64,000 nt of DNA, taken from contig OY760505.1 of assembly GCA_963663545.1 (NCBI GenBank), forward strand, positions 2,624,001 through 2,688,000, read 5' to 3'. Shown here piece after piece: positions 37,049-46,538 of the stretch. A program made the translations under genes and the position numbers. The notes beneath the pieces are model-generated. The model made no database searches. It was not told the origin of the DNA and was given only the letters and a program-made list of their open reading frames with translations. The DNA comes from Candidatus Delongbacteria bacterium (GTDB taxonomy: Bacteria > CAIWAD01). The stretch's first letter is position 1, and each line of letters begins with the position of its first letter.

Positions 37049-39259
37049 ATGCCCAACGAGTTGCTGCACGATCAGAGTCTGTGGAAGTTTCGTCTGCTGG
37101 GAGATCCACGGGCTGTGCTGGCTGATGGGGACGAACTGCGTTTTCATCGCGGGCGACCGACGCCCTGGGGAGCCAGTCACGCATGGCATGGCGCGCTGAA
37201 TCGCGGTGCACAGCTGGTAGAAGAAGTCAACCATCAGGGTTTGTACAATTTCGCCGTCTTCTCGAGTAGCGCTACGCGCGTCAGCCTGATTCTGATGAAT
37301 CCCGAGACTGGTGTGGAAGCCCTGCAGATTCAACTAGACGAGCGACTGAATCGAACCGGATCTGTGTGGCACATCGAAGTAGGTGGGCTGCGCTCAAACA
37401 TTCGCTACGCCTGGCGTGCCGACGGCCCGCGTGAACCCATTCACCGCTTCAGTCCAGCACACAACCTGGCAGACCCTTACGCCCGCGCGATGATGCGTAC
37501 TCAGCGCGGCGAACGCGTTGAGTATCACGCGCTGTTTCCGCTGCCCGATTTTCGCTGGCGTCATCCCGTGCCGATCCGTCGTCCGATGCGCGACCTGGTG
37601 ATTTACGAACTGCACGTTCGCGGCTTCACCATGGATCCTTCCTCGTGTGTCACGGCACCAGGAACGTATGCGGGGCTGGCGGAGAAAGTCGAGTATCTGA
37701 AGGATCTGGGCATCAATGCTGTCGAGTTGATGCCCGTGCACGAGTTCGATCACGACTCCTATCTCAGGCGTAGTCCGGTCAGCGATGAGATTCTGCGCAA
37801 TTTCTGGGGTTATGATCCCATTGGCCTGCTTTCACCGAACGCACGCTATTCTGTGGATGGCAATCCGCTGGAAGCCATCAACGAGTTCCGCTACATGGTG
37901 GATGCCCTGCACGGCGCGGGGATCGAAGTCATTCTCGACGTCGTTTTGAATCACACGGGCGAAGGTAGTCTTGCCGGACCCACACTGTCCATGCGCGGTC
38001 TGGACAATTCTGTGTGGTACATGATGGATGGTCACGGAAACTACCGCGATTACTCCGGTTGCGGAAACAGCCTCAATTGCAATCACCCCGTCGTGCGCGA
38101 CTTCATTCTCAACTGTCTGCGTTACTGGGTTACGGAGATGGGCGTGGACGGATTCCGCTTCGATCTCGCGGCGGTCCTGGGCCGTGATTCAAACGGCGCC
38201 GTGCTACCAAATCCACCTGTGCTCGAGGAGATTGCGCTGGATCCCATTTTGGCGGATGTGAAGTTGATCGCTGAGGCCTGGGACGCGCGTGGATTGTATC
38301 AGGTGGGCAGCTTCCCTTCTTATGGACGATGGGCCGAATGGAACGGTCGCTTCCGCGATGACATCCGGCGTCTGGTTCGCGGCGAAGCCGGAATGATTGC
38401 CGGTGCGGCTACGCGTCTCACGGGCAGTGCTGATCTTTACGAAAGTAGCGGACGACGCCCCCTGCATTCCATCAACTTCGTCACGGCGCACGATGGCTTC
38501 ACGCTGGCTGATCTGGTGTGTTACAACCAGAAGCACAACTTGGCCAACGGAGAAAACAATCGCGATGGTGCCAACGACAACTACAGTTGGAACTGTGGCA
38601 TCGAAGGCCCCAGTGACGATCCGACAATAAACGAGCTGCGTCAGCGACAGCAACGCAACATGCTGACCTTGCTTTTTCTGGCTCAGGGCGTGCCCATGTT
38701 GCTGGCGGGAGATGAGATCGGACGTAGCACGCGCGGCAATAACAATACCTGGTGTCAGGACAATCCGCTTGGCTGGATTAACTGGAAGGACCGTGATACA
38801 AACAGGGTCCAGTTTGAGTTTACGCGCGGCCTGATCGCTTTCCGGCAGCATCACGCTGCATTGAGGCGCGAGTCCTTCTTCACAGACGGCGGTGAGAAGG
38901 AAATCAGCTGGCATGGTGTTCTTCCCGAACAGCCGGATTTCGGCGCCGGTTCACGCTGCCTTGCCTGGCGTCTGCATGGCGATGTGCTCAAGCGCCGCCT
39001 GCGCCGCGAAGGCCGGATCAATGCCTATCGCTGTGAGTCTTCTCTGTGCTGGAACGACCTTTATGTTGCCATGAACTTCTGGCATCAGCCCGTCACCTTC
39101 ACTCCTCCTGAAGTGGGAGAAGGCCTGTTGTGGCATGTCGTGATACACACTGCCGACGGTACACCGCCTTTGCTGAAAACCGAAGAGGGGCGCGTTCCCG
39201 AGGGTGCCATTGAGCTTCCGGGCTATTGTGTTGTTGTACTGGAGTCCTTTGCACACTAA
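37049..39259 (+). CDS. glgX: Glycogen debranching enzyme/isoamylase (GH13)
   Basis: IYELHVRGFT, NFWGY, DVVLNHTGEG, DGFRFDLA, AEAWD, NFVTAHDGFTL. Confidence 0.93.
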   Translation: MPNELLHDQSLWKFRLLGDPRAVLADGDELRFHRGRPTPWGASHAWHGALNRGAQLVEEVNHQGLYNFAVFSSSATRVSLILMNPETGVEALQIQLDERLNRTGSVWHIEVGGLRSNIRYAWRADGPREPIHRFSPAHNLADPYARAMMRTQRGERVEYHALFPLPDFRWRHPVPIRRPMRDLVIYELHVRGFTMDPSSCVTAPGTYAGLAEKVEYLKDLGINAVELMPVHEFDHDSYLRRSPVSDEILRNFWGYDPIGLLSPNARYSVDGNPLEAINEFRYMVDALHGAGIEVILDVVLNHTGEGSLAGPTLSMRGLDNSVWYMMDGHGNYRDYSGCGNSLNCNHPVVRDFILNCLRYWVTEMGVDGFRFDLAAVLGRDSNGAVLPNPPVLEEIALDPILADVKLIAEAWDARGLYQVGSFPSYGRWAEWNGRFRDDIRRLVRGEAGMIAGAATRLTGSADLYESSGRRPLHSINFVTAHDGFTLADLVCYNQKHNLANGENNRDGANDNYSWNCGIEGPSDDPTINELRQRQQRNMLTLLFLAQGVPMLLAGDEIGRSTRGNNNTWCQDNPLGWINWKDRDTNRVQFEFTRGLIAFRQHHAALRRESFFTDGGEKEISWHGVLPEQPDFGAGSRCLAWRLHGDVLKRRLRREGRINAYRCESSLCWNDLYVAMNFWHQPVTFTPPEVGEGLLWHVVIHTADGTPPLLKTEEGRVPEGAIELPGYCVVVLESFAH

Positions 39260-39286
39260 CCGTCTGTGACACGAGATGAGGCTTCC

Positions 39287-40183
39287 ATGAGGGTTTTGTG
39301 GATGTTGTTGGCTGCCAATGTGCTCCAGGCGCAACTTGCTCTTGAGCCGGCGGATTCGCTTTCCTCTACAATGATCAACGAGAACAGCGGGATGGTTGCT
39401 AGCCGGGTTCACGAAGGCGTACTCTGGACGCTCAATGATTCTGGTGATACAGCACGCATTTTCGCTGTGGACTCCAGAGGCAGACTGCTACAGCCGGAGT
39501 GGACGGATGAGTACGACGGCTTGCATCTTGCCGGTGCTGACAACATTGACTGGGAGGATATCGCTGTCGATGATGCCGGAAACCTGATCATTGGTGCTTT
39601 TGGCAACAATGGCAATGCCCGTCGCGATCTGGCTATCTACGTGCTACCCGAGCCGGATCCCTTTGCCGTGAAACAAGCCCGTGTGCTACGCCGCATTGAC
39701 TTCTGCTGGCCGGACCAGACAAGTTGGCCGGACAGCGCGATGAATCACGATTGTGAAGCCTGTTTCTTTGGTGAGGGGCGTATGTGGTTTCTTACCAAGC
39801 ATCGTAGCGACCAGAATGCCTGCCTGTACCGATTGGATCCGCCACGTGATACAGCGGGTGCATGGTTCACGGCCTTTGATGCCGGCATCATTCATCCGCT
39901 AACGAAAGTGGGCTGTTTACAAGTCACGTTCGAGGAGGGAATCGCCGGTTTGGTGACGGCGGCGGATCTGAATCGGGATGAGAGCCGCCTGGCCATTTTG
40001 AGCTACACAAGTCTGCTGGTCTGCGAAGGCAGGCCGGGGCAGTGGTTGGAGGGGAAGGTCCGCAGGCTGAGCCTGCGCGCCGGACAGTGTGAGTCACTCT
40101 GCTGGCTCGGGGATCGCCTGCTTGTGGGAAACGAAGAGGGACAGCTCTTTTTCGTTGACCCCGAACAATTGAATAACAACTGA
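39287..40183 (+). CDS. Secreted hypothetical protein (probable beta-propeller)
   Basis: Signal peptide; ENSG, WTLNDSG, NIDWEDIA, GNN.N.RRDL, DCEA. Confidence 0.6.
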   Translation: MRVLWMLLAANVLQAQLALEPADSLSSTMINENSGMVASRVHEGVLWTLNDSGDTARIFAVDSRGRLLQPEWTDEYDGLHLAGADNIDWEDIAVDDAGNLIIGAFGNNGNARRDLAIYVLPEPDPFAVKQARVLRRIDFCWPDQTSWPDSAMNHDCEACFFGEGRMWFLTKHRSDQNACLYRLDPPRDTAGAWFTAFDAGIIHPLTKVGCLQVTFEEGIAGLVTAADLNRDESRLAILSYTSLLVCEGRPGQWLEGKVRRLSLRAGQCESLCWLGDRLLVGNEEGQLFFVDPEQLNNN

Positions 40184-40257
40184 ATCCTTGTTGCCACTAT
40201 TCCGATAACATTGCTACCCCTCCTGGAGGTGGGAGGCTTCAGTATCGGAGGCGAATC

Positions 40258-40476
40258 ATGGCCGACTGTCAGTGCTTATCCGGCTGCCCCTTCTTCAACG
40301 ATCAGATGGCAAATATGCCCAGCTTGGCGAACAGCATGAAGCGACGCTATTGTCAGGGCGACGCGAGCCAGTGTGCGCGTCACATGGTATTTTCGGCTCT
40401 TGGGCGCGAGGCAGTTCCCAGGGACCTGTTTCCGAATCAGACGGACCGTGCGCAGGAGATCCTCGCCGCCAAGTGA
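40258..40476 (+). CDS. Small Cys-rich hypothetical protein
   Basis: GGAGG RBS; C.C..GCPFFND, YC......CAR, VP.DLFPN. Confidence 0.7.
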   Translation: MADCQCLSGCPFFNDQMANMPSLANSMKRRYCQGDASQCARHMVFSALGREAVPRDLFPNQTDRAQEILAAK

Positions 40477-40477
40477 T

Positions 40478-41815
40478 TCAGACGATGCGGTGTAGCCAGT
40501 CGCCTTTGCGGAAGCGCAACTCCAGCACAAGTGCGTAGAATACCAGATACGCGGCCATGCACAGGAAGGCACCGCGAATGCCGCCCTCCAGCAGGTGTAT
40601 CACGATGTAGCTGGCTGGGATGAAGTACAGCCAGTTGATCGCCAGCTCTGCTTTCATCACGAAAAGCGTCAAACCCGCGCCCTCCAGGCAGCCTGCCGTC
40701 GTCATGCACCAGGCATCGAAAGCCTGGAATGCGCCTAGCAGGCGAAGTGGCCAGCGGCCCAGCGCGATCACTTCCGCGTCACTTGTGAACCAACTCAATA
40801 GCTGATCTGGAAACAACAGGAAACACACGCCTACCAAGCTCATCAGTAGTGCGCCCACTTTCTGTGCTTCGCGTCCTGCCAGGAGTGCGTCGTTCTTCGA
40901 GCCAGCTCCCAGCAGCTGTCCAATCAGTGTATTGGCGGCAATTCCGATGCCGAAGCCAGGCATGAAAGAAAAGCTGAGGATGGTAATCACCACGTTGGCG
41001 GCCGCAAGCGAAGGCGTTCCGGCGCTCTTCATGAAGGACAGGAAACAGGCAAAGCCGCACATCACAAAAAAATTCTGTGTTGCCGAAGGCCAGGAGAGCC
41101 GCAGTATAGCACGCATTCCATTGGGCGCGAAGACCTTGAGCGAATGCGTGCGACCAAACAGGGAAAGCAGTTGTACTCCGAAGCGGTTGCCGATCTCTTC
41201 TCGATGGGCGAAGTAGAGGAAGAACAGACAGCCACAGGCCGTGGCGATTGCACTGGCCATGCCAGCGCCTGGAGCCCCAATTGCAGGGAAACCTGCATGA
41301 CCAAAAATCAGCAGCCAGTTGAAGAGGATATTGAGCAGGTTAATGATGATACTGACACGCATGTGCTGCTTTGTGTCACCAATACCGTTGAAGAATCCCT
41401 TGAAGGCCGAGATCAACAGAAAGGGTGTAATTCCAAGAAGACGCCAGCGCGTGTATGTGATACAGAGAGTATTCAATTCACTTGTATCACCTCCAAGAAT
41501 GATGTGATACAAGAAGGGCGTGACGTACCACAAGATGAGGGTCAGCGGAATTCCGGGAAGCACTGCCAGACGAAGAGCACTTTGCAGCACTTGTCCTACT
41601 TCACTTGTTGATTTTGCGCCGGTGCGTCGAGCCGTCAGGATCTGAGTTCCCATGGCCAAGTGGCTGAGGGAGCCAAGGACCATCCAGCAGACAAGTCCCG
41701 ATAACCCGACGGCGGCCAGAGCTTCTACTGAGATGCGTCCCACCATCATGGTGTCGACGATGCCCACAACGGTCTGTGACAGCTGGGAGAGGACAACGGG
41801 TAGAGCCAGGCGCAA
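40478..41815 (-). CDS. MATE family efflux transporter
   Basis: LALP, VDTMMVG, GIGDTK, NILFNWLLIFG..GFP; start uncertain. Confidence 0.9.
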   Translation of the reverse strand: MRLALPVVLSQLSQTVVGIVDTMMVGRISVEALAAVGLSGLVCWMVLGSLSHLAMGTQILTARRTGAKSTSEVGQVLQSALRLAVLPGIPLTLILWYVTPFLYHIILGGDTSELNTLCITYTRWRLLGITPFLLISAFKGFFNGIGDTKQHMRVSIIINLLNILFNWLLIFGHAGFPAIGAPGAGMASAIATACGCLFFLYFAHREEIGNRFGVQLLSLFGRTHSLKVFAPNGMRAILRLSWPSATQNFFVMCGFACFLSFMKSAGTPSLAAANVVITILSFSFMPGFGIGIAANTLIGQLLGAGSKNDALLAGREAQKVGALLMSLVGVCFLLFPDQLLSWFTSDAEVIALGRWPLRLLGAFQAFDAWCMTTAGCLEGAGLTLFVMKAELAINWLYFIPASYIVIHLLEGGIRGAFLCMAAYLVFYALVLELRFRKGDWLHRIV

Positions 41816-41864
41816 GAGTTGACGCGTCAGGCGGGGATGGAAAATGGTGCGAGCCGGGAAGATG

Positions 41865-43238
41865 CTACTCCTGGTTTGTGCGGCCGATCAGCTCCTGAAT
41901 CTCACCGATCTGCGGAATGAGGACCTTGGTTTCGGGAAGAACCTCGCCCAGCGTAGTTGCCAATACCTCGGCGGAGTCCTTGCGCCCGTTCAGTAGTACG
42001 ATTTCTGCCGGTGCAATGCGTGCAAGCGTTTCGACCAGTTCGTGCCGGTTGCTATGGCTGTTGAACAGGAAACGTTCAACGCGGCAGTGGACGGGCGTCG
42101 GCTCTCCATCGAATTCGATGCATCCTCCACGGCTGGCGCGATACAGACTCTTTGCGGGACTTTGTTCGCTGGCGTGTCCGACAAAGAAAATGCCGGAGAG
42201 CGACTGTGATACAAAACGCTTTGCCAGCAGCCAGGAGTGGCTACCTTCGCGCATCATGCCGGAGGGCACTAGATAGATGGCTTGTCCGTGGCTGTCCAGA
42301 TGATTCACCATCTCGTTGTCGAAGACATCTACCAGGGTTTCTTCGAAAAGGAAATCGGGCAGCAGGCGGCGATCCTCCTGCGCGTGGAAGTCGTAGAGAC
42401 GCGCGATTTCCCAGGCGCTTCGACCGAGGAACACGGGCAAGGGCGGAATGCGCCCTTTGCGCTTCAGGTGATGTAACACGTAGAGGATCTCCTGGGCGCG
42501 TCCCATGTTGAACGCTGGCATCAAGATGGATCCGCCCAGAGTTGCTACTTCGGCAATGGCTTCTGCCATGCGCTCGATTTCGTCACGTCTGGTCATCGCG
42601 ATGTGTTTATCGGACCAGGCTATGGTGCTTTCGCTGATAACGATGTCGGCTTCCGAAGGGTAGACGGCTCCTTGTATCACGCTCTGTGGACGGGCGCAGG
42701 TGTGACCCGTGTAGAACACGCTTTGCTCATCGCATTCAAAGCGGAATCCCAATGATCCCATGATGTGGCCCGCATCCCATGCTGCCACTGGAACCTTTTG
42801 CGGATTGTATCCACCTTCCAGCAAAACGCGCTCGCCGCGGGAGATGAAGTTTACTCGCGCTTCGAGTTCCTGCACCTCGCTGACTTCAAAGGGGGGATAG
42901 TGTTCGCTATTGCCGGCATAGAAGGTGTCACTGGTCAGGGACGCGTGACGCATCAACTGCAGGCGAGCAAGATCCCATGTCGCATGACTGCAAAGAATAC
43001 CCGCTGTCGGCCAGCGGCGTGCAGCCACCGGCAGGGCGCCTACCTGGTCCATGTGAGCGTGACTCAGCAGAATCCAGTCGACGGGCCAGCCGTGTAGCTG
43101 ATCGAAATCCGGTAAGGCCTCATCACCGCAGCGCATGGGGTCGAGGCCGCAGTCCAGTAGAATGCCGGTGCCTTCGATGTTCAAATAGAGGCAGGTCGAG
43201 ATTCTTCCTTCGCCCGGTGCCAGCACGATCAATTCCAT
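41865..43238 (-). CDS. beta-CASP metallo-beta-lactamase-fold protein with altered metal ligands
   Basis: LLDCG, SHAHMDQ, AGHIMGS, ESTI, PAF.MGRAQE, SGM. Confidence 0.85.
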   Translation of the reverse strand: MELIVLAPGEGRISTCLYLNIEGTGILLDCGLDPMRCGDEALPDFDQLHGWPVDWILLSHAHMDQVGALPVAARRWPTAGILCSHATWDLARLQLMRHASLTSDTFYAGNSEHYPPFEVSEVQELEARVNFISRGERVLLEGGYNPQKVPVAAWDAGHIMGSLGFRFECDEQSVFYTGHTCARPQSVIQGAVYPSEADIVISESTIAWSDKHIAMTRRDEIERMAEAIAEVATLGGSILMPAFNMGRAQEILYVLHHLKRKGRIPPLPVFLGRSAWEIARLYDFHAQEDRRLLPDFLFEETLVDVFDNEMVNHLDSHGQAIYLVPSGMMREGSHSWLLAKRFVSQSLSGIFFVGHASEQSPAKSLYRASRGGCIEFDGEPTPVHCRVERFLFNSHSNRHELVETLARIAPAEIVLLNGRKDSAEVLATTLGEVLPETKVLIPQIGEIQELIGRTNQE

Positions 43239-43260
43239 AACAGTACACCTGTTTGTCGTG

Positions 43261-44172
43261 TTACTTGTGTTTGCGGAACAGGCCCTTGATGTAGTCCTGC
43301 ACCAGGTCCGGATTCTCTTTCAGCCTTCTCGTGCTGTATTGGAACCACGCTTCGCCAAAGGGAACGTAAACGCGAAGGCGGTGACCGCGAGCAACAATGG
43401 AGCGCCGCAGATCGGGTAGTACGCCCAATAGCATCTGGAACTCATACTTGTCGCGGCAAAGCTCTAGCTCTTCAATGATCCGGTAGGCGCCGTTGACCAG
43501 GTATTCGTCGTGCGTGGCGATGCCCACGAAGCAACCGCCTTCCAGCAGAATGCGCAACACCTTCAAGTAGTTGTCGCGCACTTCCTGGTATCCCTGATAC
43601 GCGAACTCAGGACTTTCTCGGTAGATGCCCTTGCACAGGCGGAGGTGATACTTGCCCGGAACAAACCGGCTGCGCGCATCACTTTCGAGTCGGCGTGTGT
43701 ACGCCTGTACTACAACGCCAACCTGCGTTGGGAATGCATCACGCAGCTTGTCGTGCAAATCCAGCGTTGATAAGTACCAGGGACTGTCTTCCATGTCGAT
43801 GCGCGCGAAGTTGCCGTATTGTTGAACCCGTTCGAGGATCATTGTGTAGTTGCGCTGGCAGGCGCGTGCATCCACAGCCAACCCCATCTGTGTGGGTTTG
43901 ACACTGATGTTGGCGTCGAGTTTTTCAGCCTTGATCCGATCCAGCACTTCGAGGTAGAGCTTTGCATATCCTGCGGCTGTCGCCGTGTCTTCGACTCCTT
44001 CACCCAACACATCGATTGTGACACAACAACCTTCGTTCATTAGCTCGCGTGTCACACGAACTGCATCGTCCAGACTATCGCCGGCGATGTAATGGCGAGA
44101 AAAATGCCCGACAAGACCTTGGGGCATGTAGGGCATAACAGCCGCTACTAGATGATTGAAGAAGCGAAGCAT
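43261..44172 (-). CDS. Proline dehydrogenase (monofunctional)
   Basis: DVLGE, SVKPTQ.G, IDMED, LRLCKG.Y.E, IATHD, EFQML.G, RVYVPFG, RRLKE. Confidence 0.93.
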   Translation of the reverse strand: MLRFFNHLVAAVMPYMPQGLVGHFSRHYIAGDSLDDAVRVTRELMNEGCCVTIDVLGEGVEDTATAAGYAKLYLEVLDRIKAEKLDANISVKPTQMGLAVDARACQRNYTMILERVQQYGNFARIDMEDSPWYLSTLDLHDKLRDAFPTQVGVVVQAYTRRLESDARSRFVPGKYHLRLCKGIYRESPEFAYQGYQEVRDNYLKVLRILLEGGCFVGIATHDEYLVNGAYRIIEELELCRDKYEFQMLLGVLPDLRRSIVARGHRLRVYVPFGEAWFQYSTRRLKENPDLVQDYIKGLFRKHK

Positions 44173-44264
44173 TCTGCCTCCAGGAGACGGTGATCTCAGG
44201 ATCGTATGACGGTCACGGGGACCTCAGCCATATAATATAGCTGGCTGAAGCGTGCTGTGCTTCC

Positions 44265-44897
44265 TTAGTGAAGGAGTTGTGCGGTGACGACACTGGCTTC
44301 CACTTCCATCTCAGGCGGCAGGGGCGAGCAAGTAGAATAGCGGATTGCATCGCTAAGGTAGTCGTTCATACTCCGCATGTGTTCCTGCTGCCAATTGCTT
44401 GTAGCACATCCGTGCTTAGCCCATTCTGGGTGGGGAGTCAGGATTCGACTGTGGATATGACCCGTGTTAGCTCGGTAGCTGCTCCAACGGTATCTGGCCG
44501 GGTGACTAGTTATTCCTGCGCGCCAGGGATTGGCCTCGATGTAAAGTGGAACAGCACGAAAATGGTGGTCCTCACGTATCACGTCGGAGTAGTAGCGCGA
44601 GCGCCAGAAGGGGCCACGCCGCCCATAGCGCCGCTGGGCATAGTACGCATAACGGGCTTGTAGTTGCTGCATGAATCCAGGGAGCGCAAAATCCTGCTGG
44701 CTGCTCAGCATGAGGTGGTAATGGTTGCTCATGAGTACATATGCGTGGATCTGGACCTTGTACTTCTTAAGCAATGCCAGTAGTAGTTGCAGGAACCAAG
44801 TGCGATCGCTGTCATCCTGAAAGCAATCGCCCAGGTAGGCATGGGCTGTTACGTGGTGCGTTAGTCCTTCCTGCCATTGTCGCGGTTTTCTGGCCAT
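44265..44897 (-). CDS. REP-associated tyrosine transposase (RAYT)/IS200-like HUH nuclease
   Basis: MARKPR, HHVT, AYVLMSNHYHL (HUH), G.FW..RY, YIEANP.RAG, YRWSS. Confidence 0.88.
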   Translation of the reverse strand: MARKPRQWQEGLTHHVTAHAYLGDCFQDDSDRTWFLQLLLALLKKYKVQIHAYVLMSNHYHLMLSSQQDFALPGFMQQLQARYAYYAQRRYGRRGPFWRSRYYSDVIREDHHFRAVPLYIEANPWRAGITSHPARYRWSSYRANTGHIHSRILTPHPEWAKHGCATSNWQQEHMRSMNDYLSDAIRYSTCSPLPPEMEVEASVVTAQLLH

Positions 44898-44975
44898 GGG
44901 ATCCTCCTGGCCGGCAAACCAAATCTTGCAGATCATGTTTCTGCTTTTTCGCAGAGCGCGAGCCGTTTCCGTTGA

Positions 44976-45053
44976 GGTGTCAGGCGCGGTAGACGAAATC
45001 GGCATGGAGGTGCCAGACGGGGGTCAGACACTGATCTGGCACGTGTCAGACCC
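44976..45053. repeat. Cluster of short G(G/T)G(T/C)CAGRC repeats upstream of RAYT
   Basis: GGTGTCAGGCGC, GGTGCCAGAC, GGGGTCAGACAC, TCTGGCAC (inverted), GTGTCAGACCC. Confidence 0.6.
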
Positions 45054-46407
45054 TTGTTTGCTGATGCTCAGGCCCAGCTTCCGCGCCACGCCGCCCAAAC
45101 TCGCGATTCATCGTGCGCAGATAGACGTTGCCATTCAAGGCCTGATCAATTGTGTAGGCGCTGCCCGTAAGCACTACAAGCTCATCCTTGCGTCGTTGCT
45201 CAAGCGCCTCCTTTACGGCCAGCACTGGGTCACCTATCACTTGCACCTTGAGCTTGTCGTCTGCGGGAGTAAACTCCTTGCGCAGGTCTTCCGGATTCCG
45301 TCCCGCATAGCCTGCAGACGTGAAGGTTACAGATCGGCAGCGCGCCAGAAGCGGATCAATCAGCGGGTGCAAGGGGCGGTTGCGGCTCAAGCCGAAGACA
45401 AGTCGAAGGGGACGATTCGGCCAGCGTAGATCCAACTCGCTGGCAAATGCCAGCAGCTTGTCCTGATTGTGTGCTACATCCGCTACAAGGTGCTTGCCAG
45501 CCATCCAACAGCGCCCGGCCAAGGACTGGGATTCCGTCATGGCGACGATGGCGCGTTCCGAATCCATGGCCGGCGCCAGCATCGTTGCACCTGCGAGGGC
45601 CAGCGCAGCGTTCTTGAACCAATGCGCACCCGGCTTGAAGTCCCGCTCGATACTGGACATTGCCTGCATGTCGGTGACACGGTCCCGCAAGGCTTCTACT
45701 TCTGCCTTTCCCACCGTAGCGCATATTGCGCCTTCTGCTTCTGCGCTTTGTAACACATGTTCCGACGCATCGCCGGTTTCCGTTGTTAGAAAGGGTACTC
45801 CAGAACGCGCAATGCCGGTTTTTTCCAACGCCACCTGCCATGCCTGTTCGCCGAGGGTGCGCGGATGGTCTTTACCCACATTGGTCAGTAGACACAACGC
45901 TGGATCAATTGCCATCGAAGGCGCATAGCGTCCGCCAACACCAACCTCGACAGCCGCCCAGTGTACATCCTCTTCGGCGAACAAGTGCAGCGCGATCAGC
46001 AATCCCGCTTCGGCAAAACTCAACGCGAACTCCGGATTGGCTTCAGCCCGATCCAGGCTGTGTTCGCGAATTGTATCACGCCAGATGCGAGCGATGCGAT
46101 CATGTGATACCGATTGGCCACCAAGAGAGAAGCGCTCGGCGTAGTCAAACAGGTGTGGATTTACCCAGGCTCCAGTCTTGGCGCAAGTGCCCAGAGCAGC
46201 TTCCAGAAGTCTGCAGGTGCCACCTTTTCCGCTGGTTCCCGTTACGTGAATCAGTTGCGTCGGGTGTCCATTGGGCCAGAAATGCGCAATGCTATTTCGC
46301 AGCAACCGAATGCGCAGCAGTTTGCCAGCAGCCCATCCATAGTGATACAACTCATCCACAGCTGTCAGGTACAGGGGATCGAAACCCGGAAGCTTTGCGT
46401 GTGACAT
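45046..46407 (-). CDS. FolC-like folylpolyglutamate synthase/Mur-ligase family
   Basis: IHVTGTSGKG, PHL....ER, EVGVGGR, D.AHN, TGS.Y. Confidence 0.8.
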   Translation of the reverse strand: MSHAKLPGFDPLYLTAVDELYHYGWAAGKLLRIRLLRNSIAHFWPNGHPTQLIHVTGTSGKGGTCRLLEAALGTCAKTGAWVNPHLFDYAERFSLGGQSVSHDRIARIWRDTIREHSLDRAEANPEFALSFAEAGLLIALHLFAEEDVHWAAVEVGVGGRYAPSMAIDPALCLLTNVGKDHPRTLGEQAWQVALEKTGIARSGVPFLTTETGDASEHVLQSAEAEGAICATVGKAEVEALRDRVTDMQAMSSIERDFKPGAHWFKNAALALAGATMLAPAMDSERAIVAMTESQSLAGRCWMAGKHLVADVAHNQDKLLAFASELDLRWPNRPLRLVFGLSRNRPLHPLIDPLLARCRSVTFTSAGYAGRNPEDLRKEFTPADDKLKVQVIGDPVLAVKEALEQRRKDELVVLTGSAYTIDQALNGNVYLRTMNREFGRRGAEAGPEHQQTRV

Positions 46408-46538
46408 CTGCAACCACCTTACAATTGACTGGCGGCCAAAATAGCATGACGGCTCCGATTGGCGCTTTCCTTAGGTGGTCCTTGCTCTGTCTCAAGTTCA
46501 CGGTTGCGGAATCAGCCGCGCAGTGGAATCTTGCTGAC

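Noticed and set aside
45726..46538. N-terminal extension of the 739-aa ORF
   Set aside because: Antisense to the FolC-like gene; the flavoprotein starts at 46539.
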